DNA of 37,323 nt from Desulfobulbaceae bacterium UBA2213 (GTDB taxonomy: Bacteria > Desulfobacterota > Desulfobulbia > Desulfobulbales > Desulfocapsaceae). Both the position numbers and the translations under genes were made by a program. The stretch spans positions 1-37,323 of the forward strand of contig DCUN01000086.1 in assembly GCA_002327225.1 (NCBI GenBank), written 5' to 3'. Positions 18,758 to 29,834 of the stretch are shown in pieces; positions within the stretch are counted from its first letter, which is position 1, and every line of letters begins with the position of its first letter. The notes under the pieces are model-generated. The model had not been told where the DNA came from and did no database searches. It saw only the letters and a program-made list of their open reading frames with translations.

Positions 18758-18834
18758 TTCATCATCTCCCAATGTATCCAATAACCCCTTTTAAGGGTTC
18801 ATAAACAACAAAATAAAAAACAGAATAATTGTTT

Positions 18835-19326
18835 TTATCTAACAAATATTCCACTTTTACCACCCGATTTTTTCAACAGACGAATATTGCTGATCACCAT
18901 CGATTTATCAACCGCTTTACACATATCATAAACGGTCAAGGCTGCCAGCGAAACAGCCGTAAGGGCCTCCATTTCCACACCCGTCTTGCCGCAGATTCCA
19001 ACAGTTGCCTGTATCTCTATGGAGCAATCCTCATCATGAAATATAAAATCGATATTGGTCCTGGTGATCATCAAGGGATGGGCAAGAGGAATGAGCTCAT
19101 CGACCTTTTTGGCACCCATAATCCCTGCCAGTCGAGCGACACCAAGGACATCACCTTTAGCCATTGAACCACTCCTCACCAGGGCGTAAGCCTGGGGGGA
19201 CATATTGATACTTCCAGCGGCCAGAGCCACTCTCTTTGTCTCACTCTTACCGCTGACATCTACCATCCTGGCATTGCCCGCGCCATCAAAATGAGTAAAC
19301 CCTGATTCTCTGTCCACCTGGCTCAT
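18835..19326 (-). CDS. moaC: cyclic pyranopterin monophosphate synthase MoaC
   Basis: 163 aa. LTHFD...ARMVDVS.K..T.R.A and [27 protein letters not shown] are MoaC hallmarks. Confidence 0.95.
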   Translation of the reverse strand: MSQVDRESGFTHFDGAGNARMVDVSGKSETKRVALAAGSINMSPQAYALVRSGSMAKGDVLGVARLAGIMGAKKVDELIPLAHPLMITRTNIDFIFHDEDCSIEIQATVGICGKTGVEMEALTAVSLAALTVYDMCKAVDKSMVISNIRLLKKSGGKSGIFVR

Positions 19327-19332
19327 AAAAGG

Positions 19333-20469
19333 CTACTCTTCCTCTTTGGACTTCTTGCCTAAAACTTCATTAAAGAGTCGACTAAAAAAACCTTCCTGCT
19401 CTTTATGATGCCCATGCTCCCGGTACAGATCATCGAATTTCTGCAGGAGTTCTTTCTGTTTATCGCACAGTTTAACAGGCGTCAAGACCTGGAGTTCAAC
19501 CACCATATCCCCGCGCCCACTGCCCCGCAGACTGGGAACTCCTTCATGCCGTAAGGTGAACCTGGCCCCGGCTTGACTGCCTGCCGGGATTTTCAAATTC
19601 TTTTTACCGTGGATCGTAGGCACCTCTACCTTACAGCCAAGGGCGGCCTGAACCATGGACACCGGAAAACGACAATAAATGGTCTCCCCTTCCCGTTTAA
19701 AAAACTCATGTTCATCGACATGGATAACCACATACAGATCACCGGCAGGGCCGCCGCGACGACCGCCCTCACCTTCACCGCGCAGGCGCATCCTGGCGCC
19801 ATGATCAACACCGGCAGGGATCTTGATCGAAACCTTCTTTCTCTTGTCCACCAGCCCAGCCCCGTTGCAATCCGTACACGGGTCTGAAACAATCTCACCC
19901 TCACCTTGGCATTGCGGACAGGTAGAACTGACCTGAAAGAATCCTTGAGAACGTATGACCTGGCCACGCCCATGACAACCGGGACAGGTCTCCCTCTTGT
20001 GACCAGGACGACACCCTGAGCCTTCACAACTCCCGCAGGTATCACGTCTGGTCAGCTCAACCTCTTTGGCCACTCCATGCACGGCTTCCATAAACGAAAT
20101 GGTAGCATCATACCGCAGGTCGTTCCCTGGTATCGGGCCATTTCTCCGAGGTTGCGCCCCACCCCGTCGACCAAACAGGTCACCAAAGAGGTCACCAAAA
20201 CCCGAAAAGACATCTTCATAATTGCCCGGCCCCTGATAGCCGCTGCTTTTCAGGCCTTCATGACCATAGGTGTCGTAGATCTTTCTTTTCTGAACATCAC
20301 TGAGCACCTCATAGGCCTCAGCGCACTCTTTAAAAAGGGACTCCGCCTCTTTATCATCCGGATTCCGGTCTGGATGATATTTCATGGCAAGTGTCCGATA
20401 TGCCTTTTTTATCTCGCCGCTACTCGCGGTCCGACTTACAGACAGCACCTCATAATAATCTCTTGGCAT
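19333..20469 (-). CDS. dnaJ: molecular chaperone DnaJ
   Basis: J domain [32 protein letters not shown], a G/F-rich linker, and four CxxCxGxG zinc-finger repeats. Confidence 0.95.
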   Translation of the reverse strand: MPRDYYEVLSVSRTASSGEIKKAYRTLAMKYHPDRNPDDKEAESLFKECAEAYEVLSDVQKRKIYDTYGHEGLKSSGYQGPGNYEDVFSGFGDLFGDLFGRRGGAQPRRNGPIPGNDLRYDATISFMEAVHGVAKEVELTRRDTCGSCEGSGCRPGHKRETCPGCHGRGQVIRSQGFFQVSSTCPQCQGEGEIVSDPCTDCNGAGLVDKRKKVSIKIPAGVDHGARMRLRGEGEGGRRGGPAGDLYVVIHVDEHEFFKREGETIYCRFPVSMVQAALGCKVEVPTIHGKKNLKIPAGSQAGARFTLRHEGVPSLRGSGRGDMVVELQVLTPVKLCDKQKELLQKFDDLYREHGHHKEQEGFFSRLFNEVLGKKSKEEE

Positions 20470-20497
20470 TATTCTTACTCGTACAAAAGAAAAAAAA

Positions 20498-20761
20498 TCA
20501 GGCTATTACATCCTGCTCGGCAACGGTGACATCCATACCTTCCTTGCGGGAACGATCCGTCAGACCCTTAATATTGCCAAAGGTTACCTTGGCTGCGGCG
20601 ATTTCCCGCAGGGTCATGACAATCTCTTTATTATTCCCCGGCACCAGAAAAGGCTCGCCATGGCGATGCTGTTTAATGCGCTCGACAGTGAGATGAACCA
20701 GATTAAACCGGTTGTCATCACCAATCTGCTCCAGACAATCTTCCACGGTAATTCTTGCCAT
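20498..20761 (-). CDS. rpoZ: DNA-directed RNA polymerase subunit omega
   Basis: 87 aa. [18 protein letters not shown] is the canonical RpoZ start. Confidence 0.9.
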   Translation of the reverse strand: MARITVEDCLEQIGDDNRFNLVHLTVERIKQHRHGEPFLVPGNNKEIVMTLREIAAAKVTFGNIKGLTDRSRKEGMDVTVAEQDVIA

Positions 20762-20850
20762 ACAGTAACCTCATTCTCTTACGCTATTATTGTGTGCCTT
20801 TGGCGCGCACGTGGTCTCTAACCTTAGGAATTCTCTACCTGAATATACTT

Positions 20851-22365
<1,515 letters not shown>

Positions 22366-22421
22366 TCATGATATAATTTTGCACATTCGATTTCACCCGC
22401 CAACCCGCACCCACCATACCT

Positions 22422-23423
22422 ATGAAACTTTTTTTCAGCAGCAACAATATCGCCGGCCTTCGCCTGACCAGCCAGGCTCTTTTTGCCTCTTTCTGTCTCG
22501 TTGTCGGCCTGCAATTTTATCAATTTTACCTCTGGGCGACAAGGGTTTCCGATCACGTCACCCAGCGCCCGCCCGCAGTCGAGGCCTTTCTCCCTATTGG
22601 CGCCCTGGTCAGCCTGAAACGGCTTATCCTCACCGGAGAATATGACACAATCCATCCAGCCGGTCTTACCATTTTCCTGGCTGCCCTGTTTATTGGTCTC
22701 TTTTTACGCAAGGGATTCTGCGGCTGGATCTGTCCCGTTGGCTTTGCCTCAAATCTTGCAGAAAGGATCGGCAAGAAGTTGCATACCCTGGTGAATATTC
22801 CATCCTGGATCGACTTGCCGCTGCTTTCCCTGAAATACCTGCTGCTCGGCTTTTTCTCCTGGCTCATCCTCTGGAAAATGACCCTGCAGGGACTCACCTC
22901 TTTTCACTATTCAACCTACAACATAATCTCCGATGCGAAGATGCTCCATTTCTTTCTGCAACCCAGCCTGCTCGCCGGTTCGATCATGCTCACCCTCGTG
23001 GTTCTGTCGTTTATAATGAGAAATATGTGGTGCCGCTCTCTCTGTCCCTATGGCGCCCTGCTTGGCCTGCTGGCTCTCTTCAGCCCTTTTCAGATTAGAC
23101 GTAACCCGAAGCTGTGTATTGAATGCAAAAAATGTGAGGCGATCTGTCCGGCATCCATCCAGATCACCGCCAGACAGACCGTGCGCAACTGTGAATGTAT
23201 CGGTTGCCTGGAATGCCTCCCGGTCTGCCCTCAGAAAGAATGCCTCCAGATCACCTTGCCAATAAAGACCGTGCCCCCGCCGCTCCTGCTGCCGATGCTT
23301 ATCATCAGCTCTTTTCTTATTTTCTGGCTTCTGGCCAGAATTAGCGGTCACTGGCAGAGCCAGATTTCACCTGACACCTTCCAACACTATTACCAGCAGC
23401 TCCGGTCCATTGCCCACCCTTAA
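22422..23423 (+). CDS. membrane-bound 4Fe-4S polyferredoxin, NapH/MauN-like
   Basis: Multiple TM segments, with CGWICP and CRSLCP (Cx3CP) motifs. Two ferredoxin motifs follow: CIECKKCEAICP and CIGCLECLPVCP. Confidence 0.75.
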   Translation: MKLFFSSNNIAGLRLTSQALFASFCLVVGLQFYQFYLWATRVSDHVTQRPPAVEAFLPIGALVSLKRLILTGEYDTIHPAGLTIFLAALFIGLFLRKGFCGWICPVGFASNLAERIGKKLHTLVNIPSWIDLPLLSLKYLLLGFFSWLILWKMTLQGLTSFHYSTYNIISDAKMLHFFLQPSLLAGSIMLTLVVLSFIMRNMWCRSLCPYGALLGLLALFSPFQIRRNPKLCIECKKCEAICPASIQITARQTVRNCECIGCLECLPVCPQKECLQITLPIKTVPPPLLLPMLIISSFLIFWLLARISGHWQSQISPDTFQHYYQQLRSIAHP

Positions 23424-23463
23424 GGCGGAATGCACAGGCGACGGAAGCACTCTTCTTCAGAGA

Positions 23464-23492
23464 TTGACACCCTCATGCAAATGCCGTACATT
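23464..23492 (+). promoter_or_regulatory. candidate sigma70 promoter for tatBC
   Basis: TTGACA (23464-23469), a 17-nt spacer, then TACATT (23487-23492). It lies about 80 nt upstream of the tatB ATG. This is a pattern match only. Confidence 0.35.
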
Positions 23493-23574
23493 TACTTTTA
23501 TAGTTTTGTGACTGCTCAACGGATTGATATCCATACACTACGTCCCTCCTGATTTCCCATACAAGGTACCTTTT

Positions 23575-24009
23575 ATGTTCGGCATCGGTCTCCCTGAAAT
23601 GATTTTAATCCTGGCCCTTGCCCTTATCGTTGTCGGACCCGACAAATTGCCTGATCTTGCGCGATCCGTGGCAAAAGGGGTGATGGAATTAAAAAAAACT
23701 GCCGAAGCACTCAAAAAGAACCTGGCAGAAGACGGCACCCTGGACTCCATCAAATCCGAACTCAACAACGCCGCTCACCCCCTCCAGCACAACCTGCTTG
23801 AATCCTCTGACCAACCGTGGAAAACTCTTGCCCCTGGCGAAGGGGTCAACCCGGCCCCTGACAAAGCAGACGACACCATCATAGAGGCCGAGATGACCGT
23901 GGCTGATGACAGCAAAGCAGTGTCAGCCGATAACCAGGCACCCATCGTGGTCAATGAAACGCCAGCACCTTCAGGCTCCGAAAAAGGACCAGGCACCCAC
24001 CCGGTATGA
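23575..24009 (+). CDS. tatB: twin-arginine translocase TatA/B family protein (TatB-like)
   Basis: From the ATG at 23575 the protein starts MFGIGLPEMILILALALIVVGPDKLPDLARSVAKGV. This gives a TM helix, a GP hinge and an amphipathic helix, followed by a long acidic tail as in TatB. Confidence 0.85.
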   Translation: MFGIGLPEMILILALALIVVGPDKLPDLARSVAKGVMELKKTAEALKKNLAEDGTLDSIKSELNNAAHPLQHNLLESSDQPWKTLAPGEGVNPAPDKADDTIIEAEMTVADDSKAVSADNQAPIVVNETPAPSGSEKGPGTHPV

Positions 24010-24734
24010 TGCTAACCCGAAGCCTTGAACTCTTTGCCCCGCACCATCAGGAACTGCGGAGACGATTAATCAAAGTCTTCCTGACCATTATCGGCTGCAC
24101 GGCTATCGCCTACACCCTTTCTGAACATATTGTCAGGATCTTTCTGGCCCCGCTTTTTCAAGCCAGCCCCCTGATAAACAAACTGGTTTACACCAACCTG
24201 CCGGAAGCGTTTCTCGCTTACATCAAGCTTTCACTGCTTGTTGGCCTTGTGACAAGTTTTCCAGTCATCCTCTATCAAATCTGGATGTTTATCGCCCCGG
24301 GACTCAAGAGCAGTGAAAAGAAATTCACCACCACGGTTGTCTTCTGGGCCACTCTCCTGTTCGCGGCCGGGGCAGCCTTTGCCCTTCTGGCCGTCCTGCC
24401 GAAAATGCTCCACTACTTCATGAGTTATGCCAGCCCGAACCTGGAACCCCTCCCCAGGTTCGGAGACTACCTTACCTTTGTGGCCCGCACCATGCTGGCC
24501 TTCGGACTCTCTTTCGAAATCCCCTTTCTCATGGTCATGGCCGGCAAGGCAGGGTTTGTCCAGGCTGTCTACTTCCGTAAGAAAAGACTCTTTTTTTACG
24601 CAGCCATCGTAGCCCTTGCCTTCCTTCTGACCGCCGGCGACTTCATGGCCACAACCATGCTGGCAATCCCCCTCTTTGGCCTTTACGAGGCTGGGATCTT
24701 TCTCACTGCTCTCTTCGGAGTCAGAATGAAATAA
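24006..24734 (+). CDS. tatC: twin-arginine translocase subunit TatC
   Basis: 242 aa with six TM segments. HHQELRRRLIKVF and F.APGL are typical TatC blocks. Its ATG overlaps the tatB stop (ATGA). Confidence 0.9.
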   Translation: MMLTRSLELFAPHHQELRRRLIKVFLTIIGCTAIAYTLSEHIVRIFLAPLFQASPLINKLVYTNLPEAFLAYIKLSLLVGLVTSFPVILYQIWMFIAPGLKSSEKKFTTTVVFWATLLFAAGAAFALLAVLPKMLHYFMSYASPNLEPLPRFGDYLTFVARTMLAFGLSFEIPFLMVMAGKAGFVQAVYFRKKRLFFYAAIVALAFLLTAGDFMATTMLAIPLFGLYEAGIFLTALFGVRMK

Positions 24735-24976
24735 TGTCGCGGTATAGACATGGCGCCCAAAGGCCCATGAACAGGGAGGTCTGCCGGACAATGAAGCCGC
24801 CAGAGCGAAACAGGAAATTACAATCTCACAGCTTCAGGAGATGAGTCCAAGACAACTCAAAATAAACAACAACAACGCGTATCATAAATGCACAACTTGT
24901 TATACAGTTTGACATTTCCCTTTCGTCAAGTATCATTTTGACAGCCACAGCAAGGGGTGTGATATCATTTTTCACA

Positions 24977-26638
24977 TCACACTGATTCCTCTTTGTCACT
25001 CCCTTCAAGGGGACGAGAGATCATCCAGTCGCCTAATTCTTTGCCACTAAGCGGCTTACTGTAATAAAAACCCTGTATCATGTCACAGCCAAGTAACTTC
25101 AGTTGAGCAGCTGTTTCTTTTTCTTCTACACCTTCGGCAACAACCTTAATTCCCATATTATGAGCAAGATCAATGGTCGAACGGACAATCACCGCATCGT
25201 TTTCATTTTTCAACATATCCTGGACAAAAGATTGATCAATCTTTAATTCAGTGATCGGCATCTTCTTGAGATAGGCCAACGAAGAATAACCAGTGCCATA
25301 ATCGTCAATCGAGATATTGATACCCATTTTTGCCAGGCGGACAAGGTTTTCCAGGGCCCGTACAGGATCTTTGATAAGAGAGCCCTCGGTGATTTCAAAG
25401 GTGAGATAGCAGGCGGGAACATTACTTGATGCAAGCAGACCGGTAATTATATCCGGCAGATCGATGTCAAGGAGCGTTGAAGGACTCAGATTAACGGCAA
25501 TACTTATTTTGATTTGATCCTTGTGCCATTGTTCGGCCTGTGTCAGGGCTGTTCTTACAACCCATAAAAAAATCTGTTTGATCAGGCCTGTTCGCTCCGC
25601 TAACGAAATAAAATCGGCAGGCGGGATAAGCCCGTACTCTTCATGCTGCCAGCGCACCAGTGCCTCGACACCGCTTGTGCTGCTGTCAATAGTATTTATT
25701 TTTGGCTGGTAATGAAGAACAAGATCACCATTAACAATAGCCTGACGTAATTCGCCCATCAGGGTCAAACGCTTCGGATTGTGTTTATCAAGCTCTGGGG
25801 AATAAATTACAAAACCGTCATTGTTCTGTTTGGCAACATACATGGCAACATCAGCCCGCTGCATAATCGTGTCGACATCTTTTCCATGCTCCGGACAGAT
25901 GGCAATGCCGATACTGGCCTTTACATCTAAATGTAAACCACCAACAATAAAGGGAGAGAGAAAAGCGTTCTGAATTTTTTCAATAAAGACCTGGACACCC
26001 TTCCTTTCTTTGACCAAGGGAAGCATAATGGCAAATTCGTCACCCCCGAGACGGGCCAGTGTGTCTGATTCCCGCATCACACCCTCCAAACGGAGTGCGA
26101 CATGTTTTAAAACCTGATCCCCGCTATGATGACCAAGCGTGTCATTAATATCTTTGAAGTGGTCAAGATCAAGTATAATAAAGGCAAGGCTTTGCTTTTC
26201 CCGAAAGGCAGCATGGACAGCCTGGTCGAGTCGATCCAGGAGAAGAACCCTGTTAGGGAGGCCCGTAAGTGAATCGTGGGTGGCATCATACATAACCTGG
26301 TATTCGAGTGCTACCGTCTGGTTCCGCAGGTCGTTGGTCTGGTCGAGCACCATAGTGCTTGCCTGCAGGGCCATTGAGGAACTGACATATTGCCCCCAGA
26401 AAGCGAAAATGAACGGCATCCCATCAAGAATCCACAACGTAAAATTACCTTTTTGGGCTGCTACGATAGTAGCAAAATTGATACCACCATGTTGATATTG
26501 AGCAGACAATAAAGTGGCCAGGACAATGGCACTGAAAGCAATACAAACCCCGTAGACAGCATGTCTAGTCACGCGGGACTTCATTAATGAAACATTAGTA
26601 AGGAGCGCTTTCCCCAGCTTGTCCATAAATACATTCAC
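24977..26638 (-). CDS. membrane-anchored GGDEF-EAL protein (diguanylate cyclase/phosphodiesterase)
   Basis: An N-terminal TM region, then RESD-N5-GGDEF (an I-site plus an intact GGDEF). The EAL domain follows, with EALVRW, DDYGTGYSS and KIDQSF. The track start is GTG, and an alternative ATG lies 12 nt downstream. Confidence 0.9.
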   Translation of the reverse strand: MNVFMDKLGKALLTNVSLMKSRVTRHAVYGVCIAFSAIVLATLLSAQYQHGGINFATIVAAQKGNFTLWILDGMPFIFAFWGQYVSSSMALQASTMVLDQTNDLRNQTVALEYQVMYDATHDSLTGLPNRVLLLDRLDQAVHAAFREKQSLAFIILDLDHFKDINDTLGHHSGDQVLKHVALRLEGVMRESDTLARLGGDEFAIMLPLVKERKGVQVFIEKIQNAFLSPFIVGGLHLDVKASIGIAICPEHGKDVDTIMQRADVAMYVAKQNNDGFVIYSPELDKHNPKRLTLMGELRQAIVNGDLVLHYQPKINTIDSSTSGVEALVRWQHEEYGLIPPADFISLAERTGLIKQIFLWVVRTALTQAEQWHKDQIKISIAVNLSPSTLLDIDLPDIITGLLASSNVPACYLTFEITEGSLIKDPVRALENLVRLAKMGINISIDDYGTGYSSLAYLKKMPITELKIDQSFVQDMLKNENDAVIVRSTIDLAHNMGIKVVAEGVEEKETAAQLKLLGCDMIQGFYYSKPLSGKELGDWMISRPLEGSDKEESV

Positions 26639-26916
26639 GGAAGAATATCACACAAGAAAAAATGAGACGAAAGAGAATGGATTGTCTTTCATCTCAACCT
26701 GAATACCCCTTAATATTTGAAAAGAATAATTATTACTCAACAATAATTTGGAAGTCAACATCCTTTCATATCCGTTAGAGCATTATAGAATTACAATCAA
26801 ACCAGACAAGCGATGACACAAAAAAGAGCGGAAACTGCCAGGTACGCAAAAGGCCTTTTCTTTCAGCAGAGACGTTCTCGCGCCACGATTTTACAAGGAG
26901 ATACCATTCTTACATT

Positions 26917-27951
26917 TCATAGTACAACGGGTCTCACCTCCTGCTTTAACAGGCAGCAGGATATCCGGTGTTCCGGCCTGCCGGTAGCATCATAATGAAT
27001 AGTATCAGGCTGGAGCAGCTTGTTCATTACACACCCTTCAGCAATATTCAAGGCAAAGAATCTCTCTTCCATCAGACCCTCATTATGCATTAAGGTATCA
27101 TTTTCAATACGCCAGGCATGGAGGGGATAATCCTCGCACAGGGGACAGCGATAAACCCGGCCATTGGGAAAGATGAAAAAATTATCCGCAACGACACCGG
27201 CACATTCAAAGGTCTCGCCTGCCTCAAGAAAGACCTTGGGATAGGTGACATGGATACCCTGTATTGCCGCCTCTCTCGCCACCGCCGGCACCACCCGCAG
27301 CCATTGTTCCGGGCTCACCTGCCATGACGTTTTTCCCCTCTCCTGATTGATGATACCACCCTCCTGCGCCGGTTTGCCCCGCAGCCCGATCACCTGGATA
27401 AAAAATCGCTTCACCCCCAGATCACCAAGCAAGGCAACCATCCGGGGCAGATGGTCAATATTGAGACTGGAGACGGTATAGATCACACTGACGGCAAATC
27501 CGCGGGCCACGGCATGGCGGAGATTAGCGGTACACATCGCAAAGACACCCTCCCCGCGAATAGGGTCATTGACCGCCGCATCCGGGCCGTCGAGACTGAA
27601 ACTCAGATAATCAAGAAGCTCAGGACTGGTATGCTCCAGTAAATCATGAAAGAGATAGCCGTTGGAATCCACGGTTACCGAAAAGCCACAGGCCTTGGCC
27701 TTGGCAATTCCATGTGCCAGATCCGGATGGAGGGTGGGTTCACCGCCCAGAAAGATCATGTTTGATTTCTGGTCAGGACGGGCAAAAAGTTCTATCCACC
27801 GCTCCATGGTCGCCCGCTCCAGGGTTATCCGGCCATGCTGTTCAGGATTAATGTAACAGTGGCGGCAGGAGAGGTTACAGGCCGTAAGGATATGAAAAAA
27901 GACGTTTCGTTCGCCGGGGATAAAGCCGACCGTTCTGGCTGAAGGGATCAT
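26917..27951 (-). CDS. radical SAM enzyme with partial SPASM/twitch-like C-terminal cysteine motif
   Basis: CNLSCRHC (Cx3Cx2C) at residues 25-32 and GGEPTLHPD. The C-terminal part contains C-x13-G-x4-C-x2-C (CAGVVADNFFIFPNGRVYRCPLC) plus three more Cys. Confidence 0.85.
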   Translation of the reverse strand: MIPSARTVGFIPGERNVFFHILTACNLSCRHCYINPEQHGRITLERATMERWIELFARPDQKSNMIFLGGEPTLHPDLAHGIAKAKACGFSVTVDSNGYLFHDLLEHTSPELLDYLSFSLDGPDAAVNDPIRGEGVFAMCTANLRHAVARGFAVSVIYTVSSLNIDHLPRMVALLGDLGVKRFFIQVIGLRGKPAQEGGIINQERGKTSWQVSPEQWLRVVPAVAREAAIQGIHVTYPKVFLEAGETFECAGVVADNFFIFPNGRVYRCPLCEDYPLHAWRIENDTLMHNEGLMEERFFALNIAEGCVMNKLLQPDTIHYDATGRPEHRISCCLLKQEVRPVVL

Positions 27952-28022
27952 AAAGTTTACAGGGTAAAAGGAAAGGGCTGAAAGATAGAAAAAATTTGTT
28001 CAGGTTTGTATATGCAGCCTGC

Positions 28023-28571
28023 TCAAGGCTGCCTCGACTTGGAACTGTTCTGTTCCAGGGTATAGTTGGCCAGGAGCGAACCTTTCCAGTAGGGGTTGTC
28101 CGGATTGCTGAAAAATTGCTGAAAAAGGGCCAGACTCTCCTGCCTGAGTACCGAGGGTATGACCAGAATCTCCAGGGCGGCATAGAGGGGACTGAGCATA
28201 GTGAGGGGCAGATTGGTGCCGCCGCCCATCACATCTTCATAGGCATAGACGATCTTTCTGATCCCATTGAGAATCAAGGTGGAATAACACATGAGGCAGG
28301 GTTCCATGGTACAATAGAGAGTCAGCTCCTCGGGCGCGATGGCAAGTTCCGCGTCCAGAAAAGAGCGCAGGGCCAGCATCTCAGCATGGTCCAGCTCGTT
28401 GACCCTGCCGCTGGAGTGTGCCCGCTTACCGGAGGTAATCACCGCCCCTTTATGCACCAGCACACAGCCCACCGGAAAATCTCCCAGTGCCAGGGCCGCC
28501 TCGGCCTCCGCCAGGGCCAGTTTCATGAATCTTTCATGCTCGCCCATTGGCAACTCCTCTTGATCATTCAT
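28023..28571 (-). CDS. CDA-fold (cytidine/deoxycytidylate-type) zinc deaminase; TadA/guanine-deaminase-like
   Basis: Zinc-site motifs DHAEMLAL (HAE) and TMEPCLMC (PCxxC). The N-terminal ERFMKLALAEAEAAL helix matches nucleoside/tRNA deaminases. Substrate cannot be assigned from sequence alone. Confidence 0.85.
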   Translation of the reverse strand: MNDQEELPMGEHERFMKLALAEAEAALALGDFPVGCVLVHKGAVITSGKRAHSSGRVNELDHAEMLALRSFLDAELAIAPEELTLYCTMEPCLMCYSTLILNGIRKIVYAYEDVMGGGTNLPLTMLSPLYAALEILVIPSVLRQESLALFQQFFSNPDNPYWKGSLLANYTLEQNSSKSRQP

Positions 28572-28586
28572 GATTTACAAGTCACC

Positions 28587-29834
28587 TCACAGAGCACGGC
28601 CGGCACGAAGCACAGCCCCAGCAACCGAGAGCATGGTCTGCTCCTGCACCAGATCCTGCCCGCTCGAGGCAAAGGGCAGATAGACAAGATCGGTGGCCCG
28701 GGGATGAAAAGAGATCCCGGGCAGGAGGGGCAGAAGCTCCCTTTTGTTCAGGGCCGCTTCCGCAAGGACTGTCTTCAAGGCCTGCACCGCCTCGGTCCGG
28801 GCAAGGGTCACCGGATGCAGAGATCCGGCCATGGTGGCCTCGCCTGGCACCAGATGTCTCTGGGCCACGGTCATGCTTCTTGCCAGATTCAGGAAGATAC
28901 GGGGCCGGATCTTGAACGCCGGAATCCAGAAGCAGAGGGGCATGCGATCATGCTCCGGCCGCACCACCAGAGGCTGATTGGTCAGACGCAGAAAATCACC
29001 GAAGCTCTCCATCACCACCCCTGTCACCTGCACCTCAATCTTCCAGAAGGGCAGATAGGTCGCGTCCCGGTGCAGTGCAGGAACCCGCTGCCAGGGAATG
29101 GAGCGAAAGCTCCCTCCGGCCTCCTCCCAGGAGGTGTTACAAGTATGGCAGGAAAGGATGAGGCTGTCCCCTTCCCCATCGAGTGCTCCGCCGCAGGAGG
29201 GACAGAGGGTGGCCAGAAAATGGGGCCTCCACTGGGGTTGAAAACGGCACCTCTTTTTTTCCAGTTCGATAGTGGAACCACTTCTCGCCAGCCCCTTATT
29301 GGTCACCGCGTCATGGAGGATATTGTCATGGATATAGAGCGGCAGATAGATATAACTGATGGTCTCTCCGATATAGGCACGATGATAAAAGGGTTCCTGA
29401 TTCTGTTCCGAATCCAGCATCGTCAGCTGCGCTGCCTTTTCCAGGATGGTTATGGCCTTCACCGACTGACGGAGAAAATAGCCCGCATTCTCCTGGTCAA
29501 GCAGCAAGACCTTCATGGCCTGCGGCCTCAAGCCCAGCGTCGGCGGCAGGGACGTCGACTCCACCCCCAGATGGGTGATATCAACGACCCGCTGCTGCAC
29601 CTCCCTCCCTTTACAGGAGAAGACGTTGCCCTTGAAGCGGAGATAGGGTGCGTAAAAAATCTCCTCCCTGGGGATAGAGTCCGGCGCCTTATCCGGAAGG
29701 ACAAAACGGCACAGACCACGGCTGATCCGATAATTCCGGACCCCGCAGAAAGGACACTGCACCAGCCTCTCTGCCTCATGTACTTCAATGGCCGCCCCGC
29801 AGGAAGGACAATTCTGTTGAACGGTAAGCTCCAT
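28587..29834 (-). CDS. hypothetical protein with two zinc-ribbon-led repeats
   Basis: 415 aa. CPSCGAAIEV...VQCPFCG lies at residues 9-30 and CPSCGGALDG...LSCHTC at residues 211-232. It is tightly spaced with its neighbours: 30 nt after the SPFH gene and 15 nt before the deaminase gene. The long antisense ORF on the plus strand has no motifs. Confidence 0.7.
   Translation of the reverse strand: MELTVQQNCPSCGAAIEVHEAERLVQCPFCGVRNYRISRGLCRFVLPDKAPDSIPREEIFYAPYLRFKGNVFSCKGREVQQRVVDITHLGVESTSLPPTLGLRPQAMKVLLLDQENAGYFLRQSVKAITILEKAAQLTMLDSEQNQEPFYHRAYIGETISYIYLPLYIHDNILHDAVTNKGLARSGSTIELEKKRCRFQPQWRPHFLATLCPSCGGALDGEGDSLILSCHTCNTSWEEAGGSFRSIPWQRVPALHRDATYLPFWKIEVQVTGVVMESFGDFLRLTNQPLVVRPEHDRMPLCFWIPAFKIRPRIFLNLARSMTVAQRHLVPGEATMAGSLHPVTLARTEAVQALKTVLAEAALNKRELLPLLPGISFHPRATDLVYLPFASSGQDLVQEQTMLSVAGAVLRAGRAL

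Noticed and set aside
26863-26907. A 14-codon ORF (MVSPCKIVARERLC) immediately downstream of the radical SAM/SPASM-like gene. I considered it as a possible RiPP precursor.
   Set aside because: It has no Shine-Dalgarno, is very short, and lies downstream rather than upstream of the maturase-like gene. An ORF of this size is expected by chance. It would only be worth revisiting if it is conserved in homologous loci.
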